64,000 nt of DNA, from positions 419,406 through 483,405 of the forward strand of contig JBECUI020000025.1 in assembly GCA_040954595.2 (NCBI GenBank), written 5' to 3'. The DNA is from Balanoglossus misakiensis. Taxonomy: Eukaryota > Animalia > Hemichordata. This document shows positions 50,757 through 61,027 of the stretch, piece after piece. The notes below the pieces were generated by a model. That model saw only the letters and a program-made list of their open reading frames with translations. It had not been told where the DNA came from and made no database searches. The first letter of the stretch is position 1. The number at the start of each line of letters is the position of its first letter. The position numbers were made by a program, and so were the translations under genes.

Positions 50757-52265
50757 TCATTGCATATAATCCTTATTGATCTTATAAAGATTGGCGTATT
50801 GCCTTTTTAGTTTTTTGTATTGCTTTGCATCTTGTACATTAGGAACAATAATTTCCTTATTCTGATTCCACTGTTTAATTTCGCTACGATGTGTAACATC
50901 ACCACTGCCCAAAGCTGCTAGAAAAGCATCCCCGTACGAAGCCCCTATTGTTTTCTCTTGAACATATTGTCGTTCTTCTGTACAGTCACTAATAATTTGC
51001 ATCCAATTTTCGTTATTAGTTCCGCCTCCAACTGCATATATCCTATTTACCGATGCATCTATATCTCTAAAAACATCAATATGCTGTGCTATTGCATATC
51101 CCACACTTTCCAGTAGTGCTCGATATATATCCGAACGTTTGTGCATAATATTTAACCCAAAAATGATGCCTTTTGCTTTAGGATTATTTATCGGTGTCCT
51201 TGCTCCACTAAAATAAGGCAATACCATTAAGCCGTTCGAGCCAACCGGCACTTCCAAACTTTCTCGAGCGAGAACAGAAAACGCATCTTCTCCACCATTT
51301 CGCTCTTTCTCGATTAATTCTTTGGCAAAGTTATCCCTAAACCAAACGGTCAATGCTCCTGATGTTGCTAGCCCTCCCATAATGGCATAGCTCCCAGGAA
51401 ATAAATATGGACCGGCCCACAGTCTACTGTCCTTTGTTGGTTTATCTACTATCGTTACAATAAAATGTGTCGTACCATACATTAACATCATTTCTCTTGG
51501 TTCTGTAACGCCAACACTAATCCCTTCTGCGGGAGCATCTATAGTTCCTACAATCACTGCTGTTCCTGCTCCAAGTCCCGTTTCCTTTGATGCCGAATCA
51601 GTAATATGTCCGGCTATATCTGTTGACCACAGTATCTCGGGCAATTGCGATATATCAACTATCCCGTTGCATAAGGATTTATCCCATTCCTGATCCTCGT
51701 AGTTATACAAGGGTGCAAATGCACAGGCAGTATAATGGTCGATAACATAATTATTAGTCAGTTTTGCAACAATATATGATGTCGATGTAATAAATTTATA
51801 AGTATTATTATATATCTCGGGTTCATTATTTTTTATCCACAAAATTTTTGGTCCGACTGCCTGAGACGATAAACTATTTCCACATATTTCTAGAATTGTA
51901 TCACTGCCTATTTTGTGATTTAAGCTTTCTATTTCTTTTACAGCTCTTGTATCAATGCCATATAGGATTCCATTTCTTAGGGGATTACAATTATTATCTA
52001 CAGGAAGACAACATGGTCCTATAGCACTTACTCCAACAGATCTGATACAAGATGGATTGATATTACTTTCATGTATGAGTGCTTTGCTAATCTTACAAAA
52101 TTCTCCCCACCATGTTTGTACAGGATCGTGTTCGACATATCCTTGTTGTGGCATGATAATATCATGAGCAACGGACTTTAAAGCAACAATATCCCCAAAC
52201 CCATCGGTTATAACTCCCTTTGACGAATATGTGCCAATATCGATACCCATAAAATATTTACTCAT
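50757..52265 (-). CDS. FGGY-family carbohydrate kinase
   Basis: GIDIGTYSSK, LPYFSGARTP, VGGGT, ASYGDA. Confidence 0.92.
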   Translation of the reverse strand: MSKYFMGIDIGTYSSKGVITDGFGDIVALKSVAHDIIMPQQGYVEHDPVQTWWGEFCKISKALIHESNINPSCIRSVGVSAIGPCCLPVDNNCNPLRNGILYGIDTRAVKEIESLNHKIGSDTILEICGNSLSSQAVGPKILWIKNNEPEIYNNTYKFITSTSYIVAKLTNNYVIDHYTACAFAPLYNYEDQEWDKSLCNGIVDISQLPEILWSTDIAGHITDSASKETGLGAGTAVIVGTIDAPAEGISVGVTEPREMMLMYGTTHFIVTIVDKPTKDSRLWAGPYLFPGSYAIMGGLATSGALTVWFRDNFAKELIEKERNGGEDAFSVLARESLEVPVGSNGLMVLPYFSGARTPINNPKAKGIIFGLNIMHKRSDIYRALLESVGYAIAQHIDVFRDIDASVNRIYAVGGGTNNENWMQIISDCTEERQYVQEKTIGASYGDAFLAALGSGDVTHRSEIKQWNQNKEIIVPNVQDAKQYKKLKRQYANLYKINKDYMQ

Positions 52266-52282
52266 GTTACTATGATCCCTTC

Positions 52283-53083
52283 CTATTTCCTAACGGAACA
52301 CACTTTATCCATAAACCGTTTAACTCGTTCGGTATCAACGTGCTTGTTAAAATCTCCATCTTTCTTAAAAGTTGTGCCAACGATCGCTCCATCAGCAATA
52401 GATAATGTTTCTTCTATGGTTTCTAAGGCACAGCCAGTGTTTGCAAAAATAGGAGTTCGATTTACAGCTTTTTTAACTTTTCGCAATACGCCCGTATCAG
52501 TTGCCGCTCCTGCAGTAATTCCTGAAACACAAATTGCATCTGGTCTATTATTAAATTCTGTTGTTTTTGCTATCTCTTCGATATCACGATCTGCTAAATA
52601 TTTTGCTGCCTCTGGAACAATGTTAAATAATAACTTCAAATCAGGTGCTAGTCTCATTTTATGCCTAACGATTTCTCCAACATTTGTATTCCAAATGCCA
52701 AAATCACTAGCATAGACGCCGCTCATAATCTCTCGAATAAATAATGCATCCGTTGCCGCGGCTAAATCGATAGAAGCCATAGGATCCCATAACACATTAA
52801 CGCCATAGGGAATAGCAATATCACTTTTTAGCTCTCCAATAATGCGTGCCATAGCAACCGTTGTTTCTGCCCTAACAGTAGTTAAATATGGCAAACTAAA
52901 TTCATTAGAAAACATAACAGCATCAACGCCACCGTTTTGTAACCCCAGAAGCTCTTTCCTTGCCATCTCAATTACATAATCCATCCCTTTCTTACTCTCA
53001 TAAAGAGGATCACCTGGTAGAGCTCTAAAGTGACACATTGCAATAATCGGTTTCTTAACCTTTAACAAGTTCTTAATCCACAT
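52283..53083 (-). CDS. sgcQ: BtpA/SgcQ family protein
   Basis: AMCHFRALPGDP, MFSNEFSLPYL, NIVPEAA.YL, FANTG. Confidence 0.85.
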   Translation of the reverse strand: MWIKNLLKVKKPIIAMCHFRALPGDPLYESKKGMDYVIEMARKELLGLQNGGVDAVMFSNEFSLPYLTTVRAETTVAMARIIGELKSDIAIPYGVNVLWDPMASIDLAAATDALFIREIMSGVYASDFGIWNTNVGEIVRHKMRLAPDLKLLFNIVPEAAKYLADRDIEEIAKTTEFNNRPDAICVSGITAGAATDTGVLRKVKKAVNRTPIFANTGCALETIEETLSIADGAIVGTTFKKDGDFNKHVDTERVKRFMDKVCSVRK

Positions 53084-54197
53084 AATTTTTATCCTCTTGA
53101 TTTTTACCGAATTTAGTGTGAGGGTTTAAATATTTTATAGCATATAGTAATGCTTCCGTTGCCTTTTGTGCATCATAAATATTGATAGCTTCTATCGCTG
53201 TATGTGCATTTCTTGCTGGAACAGATACGTTAGCAACTGGTATTCCCTCTCCCTCAAAAATAACAAACGAATTTTCTGTAATAACTCCCTGAGCTATCTC
53301 TCGTTGATACGGGATATTATTATTTCTACAAGCATCTTCTAAAAATCTAAGCAATGTTATATCAGGCAATACCCCCGCCAAGGTCCCCTTTCCGTGGTAA
53401 TTCATATACGTTAAAGCAAGCCCTTTTCCCAAAGCAATATCATTGTAATTACTATCAGGAGTATCGCTACTACAAGTAATATCTATGCCTATACTTGCTT
53501 GCGGGGAAATTCGTCTGATAGCTGGCAACACGCCTCTAATGTTAAACTCTTCTTGTACGCATGCTACTAGGTAAATATCCCATTCAAGATACTCTTCCTT
53601 CAACTTATCCGACATAAATAACAAGATAGCACATCCAATACGATTGTCCAGTGCTTTGGCACTTATAATTCCATTTCCCAACTCTGCATATTGTGGCGAG
53701 TAGACTGCAAAATCACCAACATCTACTCCCATCTCTCTTACATTTTCATAAGAACTAGCACCAATATCTATATATAAATCAGCTACAGAATCAACCGTAG
53801 AACGATCCTCTGCTGACGCAAAATGATAATTTTTTACCCCTACAATTCCATCAAGCGTTTGGTTATTAGAAGTTACAACAGTCATTCTCATTCCGGGCAA
53901 TGTTTTAGCATACAAGCCACCGACTTTTTCAAAGAACAAAAAGCCATTACTGTCTATTTTTTTAATGATAAGCCCCACCTCATCCATGTGTGCAAAGAGA
54001 ATCATTTTTTGGGGATTATCTATTTGTTTGTTTGCATGAAATTTACATGTTACATTACCAATGGCATCAACACTTACATCAGGGCTGTTCTTGCTAAAAT
54101 GTTGACTCATATATTCGATAATGTCATCTTCACGAGAACTAATTCCATTTAAAAATACTAAATCTTTTACGTATTTCTTTAATTTGCTATCATCCAT
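53073..54197 (-). CDS. M42 family metallopeptidase-like protein (SgcX/FrvX-like)
   Basis: AHMDEVG, KALDNRIG, VQEEFN.RG, YHGKGTLAG. Confidence 0.85.
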   Translation of the reverse strand: MDDSKLKKYVKDLVFLNGISSREDDIIEYMSQHFSKNSPDVSVDAIGNVTCKFHANKQIDNPQKMILFAHMDEVGLIIKKIDSNGFLFFEKVGGLYAKTLPGMRMTVVTSNNQTLDGIVGVKNYHFASAEDRSTVDSVADLYIDIGASSYENVREMGVDVGDFAVYSPQYAELGNGIISAKALDNRIGCAILLFMSDKLKEEYLEWDIYLVACVQEEFNIRGVLPAIRRISPQASIGIDITCSSDTPDSNYNDIALGKGLALTYMNYHGKGTLAGVLPDITLLRFLEDACRNNNIPYQREIAQGVITENSFVIFEGEGIPVANVSVPARNAHTAIEAINIYDAQKATEALLYAIKYLNPHTKFGKNQEDKNYVD

Positions 54198-54208
54198 TTT
54201 GTCTCTCG

Positions 54209-54300
54209 TTGACTTTTTTTAACTAAAAATGACTTATTTTGAACTGTTTTAGTCTACTACAGACAATAGTGTATTGTCAAGCATAAATATGACTTTATTT
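54209..54300 (-). promoter_or_regulatory. Promoter TTGACA-18-TAGACT with flanking TGACTT repeats (candidate DeoR operators)
   Basis: -35 at 54275-54280, -10 at 54251-54256; TGACTT followed by a T-rich tail occurs three times. Confidence 0.5.
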
Positions 54301-54334
54301 TAAAAATTGTTGGGAATAAGAAAATTTTGAAGGA

Positions 54335-55102
54335 TTATTGTACCTGGATCCACTCTAATGTATCAGAAAACATCTTTTTTTTCTCATCTGTTAACTGATA
54401 ATCAGTAATGACGACATCTATACTATCCATTGAACATACATTTATTAGTTTTCTTTTGTTAAACTTACTAGCACTAGCAACAAGAATGCTTTTTTTTGAT
54501 ATATGTATCATTTCTTTTTTCACGCTAGCTTCAAGACTTTCGTTATTAGTAATACCAGCTGTAAAATCTACCGCATCTGCGGAAAGAAATAAAACATCTG
54601 CATTGAGATACTTTAAAATAGAATCAGAAAAAGGCGAAACTATACTATAAAAAGACGAGCGTACAAGACCTCCAATGATAAATAATTTCACAAAATTACA
54701 TCCAGATAATCTATATGCTATTTTCAAATCATTCGTAACAACAGATAAACTATTAAATTCGCTATTACATATTTCGTCCGCTATTGCCATTGTTGTTGTG
54801 CCAGATGATAAAACAATAATAGAAGAATCAACTATGTAGTTTATTGCTTTTTTTGCAATCTTTTTTTTGATATATATTTCTAGAGAAGCTTTTTCCAGAT
54901 ATTGTGGCTCGTAAGATAAATCTTCAAAAACGGCTTGGACTCCGCCATGCAATCGAATAACCTTTCCTTCCTCTTCTAGTGTATGTAGGTCTCTTACTAC
55001 AGTAGATTTTGAAACATCAAATATTTCTGTCAATTTATTGATAGTTATAGAACCTTCTTTTCTGATAAGATTAAACAATTTCTCCTGTCTTACTCGTTTC
55101 AT
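54335..55102 (-). CDS. DeoR/GlpR-family transcriptional regulator
   Basis: FDVSKSTVVRDL..LE...RLHGG, SGTTT, VVTND. Confidence 0.92.
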   Translation of the reverse strand: MKRVRQEKLFNLIRKEGSITINKLTEIFDVSKSTVVRDLHTLEEEGKVIRLHGGVQAVFEDLSYEPQYLEKASLEIYIKKKIAKKAINYIVDSSIIVLSSGTTTMAIADEICNSEFNSLSVVTNDLKIAYRLSGCNFVKLFIIGGLVRSSFYSIVSPFSDSILKYLNADVLFLSADAVDFTAGITNNESLEASVKKEMIHISKKSILVASASKFNKRKLINVCSMDSIDVVITDYQLTDEKKKMFSDTLEWIQVQ

Positions 55103-55264
55103 TTTATATTGCCCAGCATGTTTCGTCTTGTTGCAATTGATTAATATTACAGTCCAAATCAAAATCCTTGTTCTTATGGCTGTTTCTTTCTCAACTATAT
55201 CATATTATTACAATTATCATGCAAAAATTAGCTATTAATTTTTATTAAGGCAGTCTTTTACCCT

Positions 55265-55387
55265 CTACAACCTGTAGCCCTTTTCAAGCCCTAGTATAAA
55301 CAGTGCTGTAGAAAAGCCATCTGCCATCATGCTATTTTTGCAAATTACAGTTACGCTTAATAAATTGTTGTCTATGGGATTTCCTGT
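55265..55387 (-). pseudogene. C-terminal fragment of ApbE-type FAD:protein FMN transferase at the repeat C junction
   Basis: TGNPIDNNLLSVTVICKNSMMADGFSTALFILG resembles the ApbE motif TG.P....SVTV......AD..ST. Confidence 0.7.
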
Positions 55388-56160
55388 AGCGGTGATGGAT
55401 GGTACGCTGTGTTCTAATATGCGTGTTGGTGCTGTTGGTGCATTGGCTGCGCGACATCTTGCTCGAGATAATAGCGAGGTAATTGGATTTATTGGTGCCG
55501 GAGAACAGGCAAAGATGCATCTTGTTGCCATGAAAAATGTGCGTCCATGTATAAAAGAATGTCGTGTGGGTGCTAAAACGGAAGAGGAAGAGGAAAAATT
55601 TATACACGATCTTTCACCCCTATATACAGATATACATTTTGTGGCTACAGGTGGAGATTTGAAAAAAGCAATTACGGGAGCTGATATTATAGTAACCGCA
55701 ACCAGTATTCAACGACCTTTGCTGGAAGATAAATGGATTAAGGAAGGTACTTTTTATAGTCATATTGGCGGATGGGAAGACGAATACCTTGTTGCTCAGA
55801 ATAGTGATAAAATTGTGTGCGACGATTGGGAAACTGTTAAACACAGAACGCAGACCTTAAGCCGAATGTATAAAGATGGGGTTCTCAAAGACGATGACAT
55901 TTATGCAAATTTAAGTGAGATTGTATTAGGGAAGAAAGTAGGACGCGAAACCGAGCAGGAGCGAATATATTTTAATGCGGTTGGACTTTCTTATATCGAT
56001 ATCTCTATCGCCTATGCACTGTGGAGAAAAACAGAAAAAGCAGGGGCAGGGACGATGCAATATCTCCAAGAACAAATGATATTCGACCATCCTTCTCTTG
56101 AAAACTTTATGCAGATGTGATGTAGGGAATAAATATTTTTTGATAGACTGATTAATAAGA
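55376..56160 (+). pseudogene. Direct repeat C, right copy: 5'-truncated OCD gene
   Basis: Matches 44960-45744; lacks about the first 110 codons. Confidence 0.92.
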
Positions 56161-56670
56161 AAGTTTCAACTGCAAAGTTAGCATAGGGTCATTTGGATTT
56201 TCGGGTGGGATTAACTCAAAGCCATTTTTCTCAAGCACCTTGATTGATGCAATATTATCTTTATCTACCCCACCGCTGATTATATCTATGTTAGGATCGC
56301 CCTTGCACCAGTCAACAATGCCTTTTATTAGCTCACTCCCTAAGCCCTGCCCTTGCGTATTTTGTGCGAGTAAATAGCCGAGTTTAATTTCGGTGAGATT
56401 ATTCTCGGTGATTTCATAAAAGAACACAAATCCAATTATCTTTTTACTCCCTAAAAGAGAAACCTCAAGCACAATCCCCTCGTTTTGCCTTTCGGCAATC
56501 CAGTTACTAGCTTTTTGTGTAGTGGTGATGTCTTGCCAACCACTAGGCAGGTTTTTTGTAACCTCAACAGTCATAATCTCAATCACAGCATTAGCGTAAT
56601 CGGGAGACTTTATATGCTTTGTCCAATCTCTGACAAGCATTCTTTGGGTTGTAAATTCAACTTCTTTCAT
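56152..56670 (-). CDS. GNAT N-acetyltransferase (RimJ/RimL-like)
   Basis: LGYLL....QGQGLGSE, NIASIKVLEKNGF. Confidence 0.85.
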   Translation of the reverse strand: MKEVEFTTQRMLVRDWTKHIKSPDYANAVIEIMTVEVTKNLPSGWQDITTTQKASNWIAERQNEGIVLEVSLLGSKKIIGFVFFYEITENNLTEIKLGYLLAQNTQGQGLGSELIKGIVDWCKGDPNIDIISGGVDKDNIASIKVLEKNGFELIPPENPNDPMLTLQLKLSY

Positions 56671-56957
56671 TATGTATATAGCTAACACAGGTCTAACTAT
56701 AAGTCAATAGCGACCCCAAGTAATTTTTAAGGGTTATGCTGCCTTAAAAAGTTGCTAATAGAGTGCACTAGCAAATGCAACAATAATTGTTATCATGCAA
56801 GTGTTTCGGCGGCTCTTCCTTTCGCCATGCTTTTCTTGCTCTAATGACCCCGGCCATAATCACCCTGAGAATCACCCTGACTATTTCAGCTATCCTAATT
56901 ATTGAAGTGAGCATTTTTCTTTTAGAAAGTATAATAATGTTGTACAAGGACAAAACA

Positions 56958-57494
56958 ATGAAGAACAGAAAAGTTATTTTATATATAAGCATGAGTTTAG
57001 ATGGGTTTTTAGCAACAAATGATGATGATTTATCGTGGCTTTCCATCGTTGAAAAAAAAGGAGAAGATTACGGCTACAATAATTTTATCCAAACAGTCGA
57101 TACTTATATTGTCGGTCGAAAAACATATGACAAAATCCTTGAGCTCACTCAAGGGCAATTTCCCCATGCTAAAACCCTTGATTGTTACATCATCAGTAAA
57201 CAAAAAAAAGAATCTAAAAACAAGGTCCACTTTTACAATGGCAGTATTGAAACATTAATCAAAAAATTAAAAATGACAGACGGTAAAAATATTTATTGCG
57301 ATGGTGGTTCTCAAATCGTCAAACTTCTTATGGAAAAAAATTTGATCGATGAATATATCATTTCTGTCATTCCCATCATTTTAGGAGATGGGAAAAGACT
57401 ATTTTATGGGGGGCTGCCAAAAATGAATATCAAACTCTCTACAAGCCAACATTATGAATCAGGGTTAGTCCAATTGCATTATATTAAAGTATAG
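56958..57494 (+). CDS. Dihydrofolate reductase / RibD C-terminal family protein
   Basis: YISMSLDGF, VGRKTY, DGGSQ, LIDEY, ILGDGKRLF. Confidence 0.88.
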   Translation: MKNRKVILYISMSLDGFLATNDDDLSWLSIVEKKGEDYGYNNFIQTVDTYIVGRKTYDKILELTQGQFPHAKTLDCYIISKQKKESKNKVHFYNGSIETLIKKLKMTDGKNIYCDGGSQIVKLLMEKNLIDEYIISVIPIILGDGKRLFYGGLPKMNIKLSTSQHYESGLVQLHYIKV

Positions 57495-57522
57495 AATCAG
57501 ATGGGTACATATATGATGAATA

Positions 57523-58065
57523 GGAAAAGTTATTTTAGATAGCGATGTTGCTGTTATTTATGGGGTAGAGACCAGAGATGTCAATAAGGCCGTCAAAAAC
57601 AATTTAGATAAATTTCCGAGCGGCTATGTTTTTGAGCTCAACTCAAAAGAAAAACGAGAGGTGGTGGAAAATTTCCACCACCTTGAAAGACTAAAATTTT
57701 CTCCACAACACCCCAAAGCCTTTACCGAAAAGGGCTTGTATATGTTGGCAACTATCCTTAAATCAAAACAAGCCACAATGGCTGCCCTACAGATTATTGA
57801 AACCTTTGCCAAAATAAGAGAATTTAGCAGGCTTACTAAAAGTTTGGCAACAGAGAAAAACAGTGCGAAAAAACAAACTCTTATCGAGCAAAGTGGGAAG
57901 TTAATTGGCGATATTCTAAATCAAGAGTTTGTGGGTGATACCAGTAGTGAAACTACGATTGAGTTAAACTTGGCAATGATTAAAATCAAACACAGCATTA
58001 AAAAGGGTAAAAAATAGAGCCAAAAGAAATTACCATGAAAGAATTAACAGAGGGGGACAATGGAG
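57523..58065 (+). pseudogene. 5'-truncated second ORF6N gene plus the first about 15 degenerate codons of the DUF262-HNH gene (repeat of about 21172-21705)
   Basis: Closely similar flanks with a divergent central block; no in-frame start upstream of KVILDSD. Confidence 0.88.
57659..57683. repeat. Perfect intragenic palindrome AGGTGGTGGAAA-A-TTTCCACCACCT
   Basis: 12-bp perfect arms with a 1-nt centre. Confidence 0.9.
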
Positions 58066-58359
58066 ATACAACTAATAAGTGCTTTAGATAAGCAAGAACT
58101 TGAAAAAGACATAACTCTAAACAGTAATGCCATTAATATAACAAAGGTTGCGTCTTTTAATGCACCCCATTCTCCAGAGAAATTTAAAAATAAAAGGATT
58201 ACTAGTAAAATAATTGTAGAGACATTCAAAAGCAAGACGGGTTTATTTAAAAGGAACAATAAACACCTACCAACAGGAAACAGTAATATGGTAGAGTAGG
58301 AAAGCTAGGATGAACAAAACATATACGGTATCAACACTGCTGCGAACCAATAAGGGAAA

Positions 58360-59347
58360 ATGAAAATAATTGTATTAAAAAAATATGGCGGCCCGGACGA
58401 ACTCGAATTAAAACAACTGGAAAAACCTACTCCCAAGGACAATGAACTTCTTATAAGAATTAAAGCAAGGTCTGTAAACTACGGTGATATTGCAGTTAGA
58501 AATTTTATAGAAGTTTCGCCGAAAAAATCAATATGCCAATGCTGTTTTGGTTTTTTGCAAAGATATACTTTGGATTTCAAAAACCAAAAATTACAGTACT
58601 CGGAAGTGAGTTTTCAGGAGAAATAGAAACCGTTGGCAAAGATGTAACAGGATTTCAGAAAGGAGAACAGGTATTTGGCTATCTTGGTCAAAGTATGGGT
58701 GCATATGCCGAATACATTTGTGTATCGGAACATGCAGTAGTGGCGACAAAACCTGCAAATATGACCTTTCAAGAGGCAGCGGTTTTGCCGTATGGTGCAA
58801 TAATGGCATTGGCATTACTACGAAACGTTGATATTCAAAAAGGGCAAAAAGTACTTATTAATGGAGCCTCCGGGGGAATAGGATCTGCTGCAGTACAAAT
58901 TGCGAAACATTCTGGTGCAGAGGTTGTCGGCGTATGTAGTACACCGCGTGTAGCGTTTGTAAAAGCTTTAGGAGCGGATACGGTTATTGATTACACGAAA
59001 AACGATTTTACCCAGAATGGTGAAACCTACGATCTTATTTTTGACATTCTCGGAAAAAGTTCTTTTCAAAAATGTGCAGGCTCCTTAAATAATAATGGGA
59101 CTTATCTTTTAGCCAGTTTCAAGTTACCACAACTACTGCAAATGTTATGGACATCTATAACCAACAATAAAAAAGTTATATGTGCTATTGCACCCGGCAG
59201 TGTAGAGGATTTAATTTCTGTTAAAGAACGTATCGAATCGGGAACAATTACATCTATATTGATAAAAGTTTTTCAATAGAACAAATAGCAGACGCCCACC
59301 GGTATGTCGAAAACAGAAAAGGGAAAATAGCAATAACTATTGACTAA
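58360..59347 (+). pseudogene. NAD(P)-dependent alcohol dehydrogenase / quinone oxidoreductase (MDR family), two frameshifts
   Basis: YGGPDEL, GSEFSG, INGASGGIG, IDYTK; third frame IDKSFSIEQIADAHRYVE..KGKIAI. Confidence 0.8.
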
Positions 59348-59411
59348 CAACGAAAGAAAACCAAAGAATTGAAATAGAAAGGCAAAAAGCGCCGGCTTTT
59401 AGAAATACTGT

Positions 59412-60526
59412 ATGAAAGAAATGTTCAGCATGAAAGATGCTGCTTTTAACAAACAAATATTAGCAATTTAGCACTACGTATCCAAAAAAAACTATTCTCA
59501 GTTTGATACACAAGGTTTTTTAGAAAGGGTGTTTGAGAACGTCTTTGAGTCAGAGCTAAAAGAGCGATCTTGTCTGATTACTCACGCATTAAAAGCATAT
59601 CTCCCCCATGACTATACATCAGCTATTGAAATTTTGCTTGCCGCTTCCCCCCAAGCGCTGAAAGAGAACGAAGTCAGTAGGTATGATGATTTTATTATCA
59701 TGCCCCTGACAGTTTTGTCTCTCAATATGGATTAGAACACTTCGAGACATCAATGAATGCTCTGTATGAGATGACAAAGTGTTTTACAGCAGAGTTTGAC
59801 ATACGATTCTTTATTGAAAAATATCCAGCAAAGATGTTTGAACGCTTAAAGGAATGGGCTGCCGATAGTAATGTACATGTAAGACGCTTAGTTAGTGAAG
59901 GGACACGCCCACGCCTTCCTTGGGCATTCCAACTAAAAAGATTTATTCAGGATCCGAATCCGGTTATTGAACTGCTAACACTGTTAAAAACGATCCGGAA
60001 CTGTATGTGCGAAGGTCAGTAGCCAATAACCTAAATGACATCTCTAAGGATCATGCAAATATCGTTGTTGATACTCTCAAAGACTGGCAGGATGGCTCAA
60101 AAGAGATAAGATGGCTGACAAATCATGCCTTAAGAACATTGAAACAGTCCGCCCACAAGGAAAGCTTAAAGTTTTTGGGATTTAGACCAGATTGTTCAGT
60201 GGATGTAACCCTCACTCTCAAAACAAAAAGAGATTCGTTTAGGCGATACCCTATCTTTTCATCTAACCCTGTTCAATAGGGAAGAAAAAGATGTTCTTCT
60301 ATTAATAGATTATATCATTTGGTATCAAAAAGCAGGTGGGAAAGTTGCTAAGAAAATTTTTAAGATATCAGAAAAAACAATGAAACCGAAGGCAACAATA
60401 TCGATAGAAAAGAAACAAAAATTTGATAATTTTACTACGCGAAAACATTATGATGGTGCACATGAGATCGCATTGCAGATTAATGGCAAGGTGTATCAGA
60501 AAGAAACGTTTTATCTCAAAACATAG
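59412..60526 (+). pseudogene. HEAT-repeat DNA alkylation repair protein (AlkC-like), several frameshifts
   Basis: HVRRLVSEGTRPRLPWA, VRRSVANNLNDISKDH, TTRKHY.G.H...LQING across frames. Confidence 0.8.
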
Positions 60527-60618
60527 CAATATTGAGAACTTGAAGGCTCTTGTTCAAATAGCAGAAGAGTACCCATTCTCACCTGACACAAAGCCACCAT
60601 ATAGAATACTATAAAACC

Positions 60619-60939
60619 ATGAAGGAGAGAACTATGTACAAGGATATAATTAGTTACCGATTGGCAGAAGGCATTACCGAAGAGCATGTACTCCGTGTCG
60701 CAGGTGAAGTTACCAAGAACTGGGGGAAAAATCAGGCAGGCTTTATTAAATGGGAGATCCACAAGGACAGTAAGGGCAATTACACCGATATTATTTACTG
60801 GCAGTCACAAGAAGCTGCAAAACTGGCAGAAGCGGATATGGTAAATATTCCCAATGCCGAAGAATGGCAGGCATGTTATGAACAAGAATCAATCACCGTT
60901 ACGAACCTGCACGTGATAGCCACATATAATGTCACATAA
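60619..60939 (+). CDS. Small hypothetical protein, ABM/dimeric alpha-beta barrel-like
   Basis: QAGFIKWEI..YTDIIYWQSQEAAK pattern. Confidence 0.6.
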   Translation: MKERTMYKDIISYRLAEGITEEHVLRVAGEVTKNWGKNQAGFIKWEIHKDSKGNYTDIIYWQSQEAAKLAEADMVNIPNAEEWQACYEQESITVTNLHVIATYNVT

Positions 60940-60961
60940 GGGACGGGCAATTGCCCACCCC
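60939..60961 (+). terminator. GC-rich hairpin (GGGCAATTGCCC core) at the right edge of the accessory region
   Basis: Palindrome directly after the stop codon; no clear U tract. Confidence 0.35.
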
Positions 60962-61027
60962 TGTACACTGCAACCTCGGCAACCTTGACAAGCAGGGCAT
61001 CATTCCCCTACACTATCGCAGAGACCA

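Noticed and set aside
55329-55375. Novel N-terminus giving a functional second OCD
   Set aside because: It is antisense apbE sequence without an RBS, and the protein would lack about 110 N-terminal residues
56855-56882. Tandem AATCACCCTGA repeat as an iteron or att site
   Set aside because: Only two copies and no replication or recombinase gene; probably a scrap of a repeat-containing CDS
11738-58065. Diversity-generating retroelement (template/variable repeat pairs)
   Set aside because: No reverse transcriptase in the window; mismatches between copies are mostly at third codon positions and are not adenine-specific
58060-58299. 79-aa ORF after the ORF6N/DUF262 remnant
   Set aside because: May be another truncated gene, but I could not recognise a family
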